The translations under genes were made by a program, and so were the position numbers. A stretch of 64,000 nt of DNA, from UHGV virus genome UHGV-1421865; one strand, written 5' to 3'. This DNA is from a virus. Each line of letters begins with the position of its first letter. Within the stretch, counting starts at the first letter, position 1. Below, one piece after another: positions 59,112-64,000 of this stretch. The notes below the pieces were generated by a model. The model did not search any database. It saw only the letters and a list, made by a program, of their open reading frames with translations, and was not told where the DNA came from.

Positions 59112-60251
59112 TTATACTGCACTTATCCTACGACCCTCGTAGAGGATATTTAGTGCTGCATTGTAATCTCTATCATGGTTTGTGCCACATTTAGGACAAC
59201 ACCAATAACGGTCTTGTAACTTCAAGTCATTGTGTACATAACCACATTGTGAACAAGTCTTTGAGCTGGGATAAAATCGATCAATAAGTACAACCTTCTT
59301 GTCGTTTTGTAAAGCCTTAGTTGATAGCACAGTCTTGAACTTAAAAAATCCAACTTCTTGGATTGCCTTGGCAAGTTTATGATTTTTCATCATCCCTTAT
59401 ACATTCAAGTCTTCCATGTAGACAGTATCATACTGTGACAATAACTCATTTACTACAGAATGTATATAGTTTTCCTTCTTATTCGTAATAGTCTCAAACA
59501 CTTTCGCTATCCTCTTACACTGTTTATAGAAGTTGTTTGAACCTTTACGTTTCCTCGACAACTGTCGTTGTAGCTTTACAAGTCGCTTTTCTTCTTTATT
59601 ATAGAAATGTTTGTTGTCAAATGTAGTGTCATCTGATGTTATAACAAAATCCTTAACACCTAGATCGATACCGACATCACGACCTGTTTTATTGAACTTA
59701 GTAAGTTCGTTATCATTCATATCAATAAGAATAGATAAGAAGAAATTCCCACTCTTGGTTTTCGATAAGGTTGCACTTCTTATATTGTTCTTATATCTAC
59801 GCAATCTTGCCAAGTACAAATCAGAACATCTAAATGATATGTCTTTTAATTTGGTTGTAAGTGTTATCTTACGTGTCACAAATGTATTTTTCTTGGATAT
59901 TGTACCTTTCGGGAACAACGCAGATTGGTTATTCTTCTTCGACTTGAACTTTGGAAACCCATTATGTTGTTTGAAGAATTTTTGGTAGCCACTATCCATT
60001 TGTCTAATAGCTTGATTCATTATCTTTGTATTCTGTTCCTTCAACCAAGCATATTGTTCATCTTTCAATAACTCATGATGAAAATGTTTGGATAGTTGAG
60101 TTGTTCCAAGATTTGTTTTATCTGTGTTATACGCTTCTTGTTTACGAGCAAGCATGTAGTTATAAACAAAACGATAACACCCAAGCACACTATTTAGTAC
60201 CTGTTCTTGTGTTTTATTTGGATATAACCTTATTTTGATTGCTCGTAACAT
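59112..60251 (-). pseudogene. tnpB: IS200/IS605-family tnpB (OMEGA / RNA-guided nuclease), interrupted by an in-frame TAA
   Basis: N-terminus MLRAIKIRLYPNKTQEQVLNSVLGCYRFVYN and GIDLGVKDF (RuvC-I) ...MEDLNV, then TAA, then in the same frame GMMKNHKLAKAIQEVGFFKF...CSQCG...CPKCG...HDRDYNAALNI (zinc finger plus RuvC-III). Hand translation confirms a single in-frame stop where a Lys codon is expected. Confidence 0.8.
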
Positions 60252-60293
60252 TGATTTCCTTATTTAACTACTTGATTGTTTACTGTTACTATT

Positions 60294-60382
60294 TGGTGCC
60301 CGAAGTGGGGGTCGAACCCACACGAACATTACTGTTCAAGAGATCCTAAATCTCTCATGTATACCAATTTCATCATTCGGGC
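60294..60382 (-). tRNA. tRNA-Leu(TAG), class II, CCA encoded
   Basis: Acceptor GCCCGAA/TTCGGGC, anticodon arm AGAGA-tttagga-TCTCT, variable-arm hairpin GAACA-gtaa-TGTTC, T arm GTGGG-ttcgacc-CCCAC, 3' ACCA. Confidence 0.8.
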
Positions 60383-60635
60383 AACTAAGTATGGTTATAA
60401 CGTTACCAACGCAGCTCACTAAGACTAATTCGCGACTTAGCAAATAATGATTACTCCGAGATTTGGAATGTATAATTACTCTATCTTCTACGGCTGTATG
60501 ATAGAAACCTAATTAGTTTAGGATACTCTGGGTCCCAATGTGCCCAAATTTTGCATACTCTTATCGTACGTTATATATGTTAATAGTATGCGAAAAACAT
60601 ATACACGCCAGTTTCTAGTGACTTGGGTACTGTTG

Positions 60636-60709
60636 TGGACCAGGTAGGGATTGAACCTACGACCTTCGCCTTATGAGGGCGCCGCTCTGTACCACTGAGC
60701 TACAAGTCC
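60636..60709 (-). tRNA. tRNA-Met/Ile(CAT), elongator type
   Basis: Anticodon loop ctcataa; the T arm and 3' acceptor are the same as in the interrupted tRNA at 57389. The acceptor has one mismatch. Confidence 0.55.
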
Positions 60710-60714
60710 TTATT

Positions 60715-60790
60715 CAAGACAGTATAGGATTCGAACCTATGACGTTGGTATAATCACCTTAAGCATTCGTCCACTCTGCCAAGCTGTCTT
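60715..60790 (-). pseudogene. tRNA-like locus: good T arm and acceptor, but the D and anticodon arms do not fold
   Basis: ATAGG-ttcgaat-CCTAT, acceptor AGACAGC/ACTGTCT; no canonical anticodon arm. Confidence 0.3.
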
Positions 60791-60809
60791 GTTATAAATG
60801 TGTATTAGT

Positions 60810-61193
60810 TTAGTAAGTAAAAGTAATACTATAGATATAATCGTCGTTATAGTTTTCAAGAATCTCTTGAAATACAGTTAAGACTTTCTTCACATCCTTA
60901 AAATAATTATTATTGTATTTTGACGGTACAAATAAGAAATGATCTGTTGTCGGTAACAATTCAGTACACATGCTGTGATCTTCTAATACAAGTGTACAAT
61001 CCTCAACTAAATACTCAATTTCTTCTTTTGTAATTGGTGTATTATGAATACAATTTTCTCCGTACGGATGTCCAGCGAAATACCTATAAAGAAAGTTAAT
61101 ATCAGTAAGAAGACTAATATCTTCATATTCAGAACCCATACCCGTACGGTGTTCTTCTTTAAGTCCTCTACCAATCTCAATTTTCAAACTCAT
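60810..61193 (-). CDS. Hypothetical protein
   Basis: 127-aa ORF immediately downstream of tRNA-Leu(TAA). Confidence 0.5.
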   Translation of the reverse strand: MSLKIEIGRGLKEEHRTGMGSEYEDISLLTDINFLYRYFAGHPYGENCIHNTPITKEEIEYLVEDCTLVLEDHSMCTELLPTTDHFLFVPSKYNNNYFKDVKKVLTVFQEILENYNDDYIYSITFTY

Positions 61194-61221
61194 AACCTAC
61201 TTGATTGTTTACTGTTACTAT

Positions 61222-61308
61222 TTGGTACCCGAAGTGGGGGTCGAACCCACATGGTCTACTGACCAAAAGATTTTAAATCTTTCATGTATACCGATTTCAT
61301 CATTCGGG
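61222..61308 (-). tRNA. tRNA-Leu(TAA), class II, CCA encoded
   Basis: A paralog of the tRNA at 60294 including about 30 bp of 3' flank. Anticodon arm AAAGA-tttaaaa-TCTTT. Confidence 0.75.
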
Positions 61309-61469
61309 CATTGTATATACTATAATCCGTCCCCAACCGCTATTATAGTATATGATTCATTACAAATTTATGGCTTCTGACTGGACGGTTTTGTAATTAC
61401 GCAGGAAATGTTCTTCATCTTAGGAAGACAAATCCCGAAACTGAATGTATTTATACATCAGCGAGTAGT

Positions 61470-61540
61470 ATTCAGGCTGGGACTTGAACCCAGATTGGAT
61501 GTGTATAAGACATCTAGCCTAACCTTTAACTGACCTGAAC
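61470..61540 (-). tRNA. tRNA-like, probably Ile(TAT); the D arm is poorly resolved
   Basis: Anticodon arm GATGT-cttatac-ACATC, T arm CTGGG-ttcaagt-CCCAG, acceptor TTCAGGT/GCCTGAA. Confidence 0.45.
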
Positions 61541-61594
61541 GTGCAACCTACTTTAGAGTAGGTCTTGATTGCGTTACATACTTGATGTGTTACA

Positions 61595-61630
61595 TATCTA
61601 AAATAGTACACTTTATGAGAAAAATCAATG
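61595..61630 (-). promoter_or_regulatory. Sigma70-like promoter with the conserved spacer
   Basis: On the minus strand: TTGATTtttctcataaagtgtacTATTTTAG. Confidence 0.5.
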
Positions 61631-61716
61631 TAGGCTCTAAAAATTTATTGCCATATTGTTTTGTTGTAACTCACATTCATAATAATAGTCTATATTAGTA
61701 GCAAAATCAATACAGT

Positions 61717-62511
61717 CTACACATTTTGTTGTTTTGTATCGAAATAAATTGCCTTCACAACACCAACGTATTGCTGTGCAAGCCGGTACGCATGCTCACT
61801 AACGGTCTTTTCGTGCTTCAAAAATTCCTCCGTAGTCAAACTACCCAACCAGTCGAGTGACCACATCATATTTGATGCACTATACGTTACAACATGCTTA
61901 CGTTCATCATCTTCATTTACAACAAAGGTTATAAACGACTTATTACTGTCGATAACGGCATCGCCGCAGATAATATCGTCAGAACCTAAAACAACGTCCC
62001 CGTAGATTACAACATCATCTTCGACGTAAGTAAATCCAGTAAGCATAGCGTGTCCGTAAATGTTGACATTGTCACCGACATATACATCACCGCTAAGACT
62101 AGCATTACCGTGGATATGTGCGCGGTTACTGACAGTAACTCTATCTGATATATTAGCATTTTCATATACCTGTACAAAATACTGTAGGATTACATCACCG
62201 AATACCCTTGCATTGTCTTTAATAATAACATTCTCACTACATTTTACACTGCCGCCGATATACGCATTGCCGAAAACACAAACATTATCTCTTAACGTCG
62301 CATTTTTCTCTACCTTAGCATCGTCGTACACCTTGGCGTCATTGTATAGCCAACATAAGCCGTCCTGGGATAGATTTTCCTCTGTTTGAATCCACCCACC
62401 CTTATCACCCGACTTGACATCGTTGAAGTCTTTTACAGCCTGAACGCGGTACAGCGTACGACCTTCATGCCGAATAGTCTCGTCTACCAGCATTACATAT
62501 TTTCCTCCCAT
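61717..62511 (-). CDS. Hexapeptide / beta-helix repeat protein of 264 aa; paralog of the ORF at 44624..45076
   Basis: Long run of approximately pentapeptide or hexapeptide repeats ([YV]xG[ND]A/V...). Confidence 0.55.
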   Translation of the reverse strand: MGGKYVMLVDETIRHEGRTLYRVQAVKDFNDVKSGDKGGWIQTEENLSQDGLCWLYNDAKVYDDAKVEKNATLRDNVCVFGNAYIGGSVKCSENVIIKDNARVFGDVILQYFVQVYENANISDRVTVSNRAHIHGNASLSGDVYVGDNVNIYGHAMLTGFTYVEDDVVIYGDVVLGSDDIICGDAVIDSNKSFITFVVNEDDERKHVVTYSASNMMWSLDWLGSLTTEEFLKHEKTVSEHAYRLAQQYVGVVKAIYFDTKQQNV

Positions 62512-62684
62512 ATCTTATTATTTAATTTCAAAATCGTTCAATTGAACGAGTAAATCACTCATAATGCTATCTAATTCACTAAACGCGTCCGGTGAAATTA
62601 GTCCCCTATTATCTTGTAAACAGACATTTAGTTGTTGTGCACTTTCTTTTATTGAGTTGAATAGCCCTTGTTTGTACATATTAA

Positions 62685-63041
62685 TCACTTGAATTTTGGT
62701 TTATATGCATCATCTATATGACAATTATCGAACATAAAACGATGGTATTTTACATTGCTGACGTCCCACTTAGACAAGTCACAGCTGAATTCTTTACAAC
62801 CAGAAAACATTTTGTCCATGTTCGTAACGTTAGAGACGTCCCATTCGTCGATTTTGATGTTTCTAATACCAACCCAAACAAATAAAAACGACATGTCTGT
62901 AATCAACGACGTATCAATGAAATTGAGATCAGCATCTGGACCTTGTCGCTTAATTTCTTCCATTATAATAGAAGTAAGTTCATCTTTTGATGTAGGCGTC
63001 AATGTTGCCGATTTTGTATTTGATGTGATATGTATTGCCAT
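62685..63041 (-). CDS. BspA-type leucine-rich-repeat (DUF285-like) protein, paralog 1
   Basis: WDVSNVTNMDKMFSGC...DLSKWDVSNV repeats. Confidence 0.65.
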   Translation of the reverse strand: MAIHITSNTKSATLTPTSKDELTSIIMEEIKRQGPDADLNFIDTSLITDMSFLFVWVGIRNIKIDEWDVSNVTNMDKMFSGCKEFSCDLSKWDVSNVKYHRFMFDNCHIDDAYKPKFK

Positions 63042-63059
63042 TACTATTTAATCTAAATA

Positions 63060-63560
63060 TCATCTATATCCAAATAACTGTCTCATAATCCTATTTAATT
63101 CATCAACACGGTCAGACGACATTGCGTCATTGTTAAATTTTGGTTTATATGACTCCATTATAGGACAGTTATAGAACATACCAGACATATCTGTCACATT
63201 AGAAACGTCCCACTTAGACAAGTCACGGTTGAATTTGATACAACAATCAAACATGTTTTCCATGTTAGTCACATTAGAGACGTCCCACTTAGACAAGTCA
63301 CAGTTGAATTTTAGACAACCACAAAACAGGTGGCGCATATTTGTCACATTAGAGACTTCCCACTGGTCTACTTTAATGTTACCAATGGTAATCATACCAA
63401 ACAACATAGACATGTCTGTTATAAGCGACGTATCGATATGATTCAAATCGGCATCCGGACCTTGCCGCTTAATTTCTTCCCAGATAATGTCTCTGAGTTC
63501 GTATTTTGTTGTTGGTTTTATTGTTAATGATCTCGCATTTGATGTAATGTGAATCGGCAT
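63060..63560 (-). CDS. BspA-type LRR (DUF285-like) protein, paralog 2
   Basis: Three units of FxCDLSKWDVSNVTxMxxMF. Confidence 0.65.
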   Translation of the reverse strand: MPIHITSNARSLTIKPTTKYELRDIIWEEIKRQGPDADLNHIDTSLITDMSMLFGMITIGNIKVDQWEVSNVTNMRHLFCGCLKFNCDLSKWDVSNVTNMENMFDCCIKFNRDLSKWDVSNVTDMSGMFYNCPIMESYKPKFNNDAMSSDRVDELNRIMRQLFGYR

Positions 63561-63576
63561 AGTAAAACTGTGTTAA

Positions 63577-63933
63577 TCAATAAAATTTTGGTTGCAGTTC
63601 CGGTGTCATATTAGGACAATCCTCAAAAATACCATCATATCGTTCTACATTGCTAACATCCCAACCAGACAAGTCACACTTGAAATTTTGATTTGTAAAC
63701 ATGGCGATCATATTCGTGACATTGGATACGTTCCATTCGTCTATCTTAATGTTTCCAATCTCAATCCACCAAAACAACATAGACATATCTGTAATAAGCG
63801 ATGTATCGATAAAGTTCAAATCAGCATCGGGACCTTGACGTTCCAATTCTTGTTCTATAATAGACCTCAGTTGTTTTTTCGATGTTGGTTTCAGTCTTAA
63901 TAATTTGCTGTTAGATGTGATGTGAATTGGCAT
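63577..63933 (-). CDS. BspA-type LRR (DUF285-like) protein, paralog 3
   Basis: MPIHITSN...QGPDADLNFIDTSLITDMSMLF...WNVSNVTNM. Confidence 0.65.
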   Translation of the reverse strand: MPIHITSNSKLLRLKPTSKKQLRSIIEQELERQGPDADLNFIDTSLITDMSMLFWWIEIGNIKIDEWNVSNVTNMIAMFTNQNFKCDLSGWDVSNVERYDGIFEDCPNMTPELQPKFY

Positions 63934-63938
63934 GGCTA

Positions 63939-64000
63939 CATAAATTTAGGTTTTAGATCATCTGTCATCTTGTCACAAAACGTGAACATACCTGCTGCAT
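63939..64000 (-). CDS. Partial CDS: C-terminus of a fourth BspA-like paralog; its 5' end is beyond the window
   Basis: Hand translation ends ...AAGMFTFCDKMTDDLKPKFM*, matching the YKPKFK / LQPKFY C-termini of the neighbouring paralogs. Confidence 0.5.

Noticed and set aside
1-64000. Genome-wide stop-codon reassignment, prompted by the in-frame TAA in tnpB
   Set aside because: All other long ORFs (up to 1601 aa) are uninterrupted under the standard code, so a single nonsense or readthrough site is more parsimonious.
1-64000. Large eukaryotic (iridovirus or NCLDV-like) virus, suggested by the AT-rich genome and giant ORFs
   Set aside because: A TerL-type terminase, bacterial-type tRNAs with encoded CCA and G-1 His, a Dam methylase, sigma70-like promoters and rho-independent terminators indicate a tailed bacteriophage.

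Overview
This window looks like an AT-rich segment of a large tailed dsDNA phage (Caudoviricetes). The evidence is a terminase large subunit with Walker A and B motifs, a candidate portal gene beside it, and a run of very large structural ORFs of 900-1600 aa. One of these carries about seven Ig-like domain repeats. A dense tRNA array sits at 55.5-61.6 kb. Genes alternate in strand-specific blocks: minus 1-4129, plus 4370-22101, minus 22153-41408, plus 41586-51173, minus 51465-52424, plus 52478-54901, and minus 55500-64000. Genes whose function I can recognise are serine hydroxymethyltransferase (glyA), anaerobic RNR activase (nrdG), a Dam-like N6-adenine methyltransferase, a GT2 glycosyltransferase, a stand-alone C-terminal fragment of a family-B DNA polymerase (motifs B and C only), a structural-type protein with a PI-PLC-like phosphodiesterase domain, an IS200/IS605 tnpB interrupted by an in-frame TAA, a four-paralog tandem gene array with an embedded small membrane protein, and at least four tandem BspA/DUF285-type leucine-rich-repeat paralogs at the right edge. 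Non-coding signals are prominent. There are eight copies of a roughly 150-bp intergenic element with a hairpin-within-hairpin core, a conserved tail, and in several copies a hairpin or terminator after it and no ORF. There are five or six minus-strand sigma70-like promoters sharing a conserved 17-bp spacer, three palindromic operator-like sites in front of a tail-fibre gene, several intrinsic terminators, a 40-bp x3 tandem repeat in front of tRNA-Thr, and TACAGTAGTCTTGTG-type repeats flanking the portal-side block next to the terminase gene. The tRNA array mixes about 13 intact tRNAs (Arg, Gln, Pro, Ser, fMet, Lys, Asn, Thr, His, Leu x2, Met/Ile, an Ile-like one) with several degenerate or interrupted tRNA-like genes. 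All coordinates are hand-derived and may be off by a few nucleotides. All functional calls rest on motif recognition by eye, not on searches.
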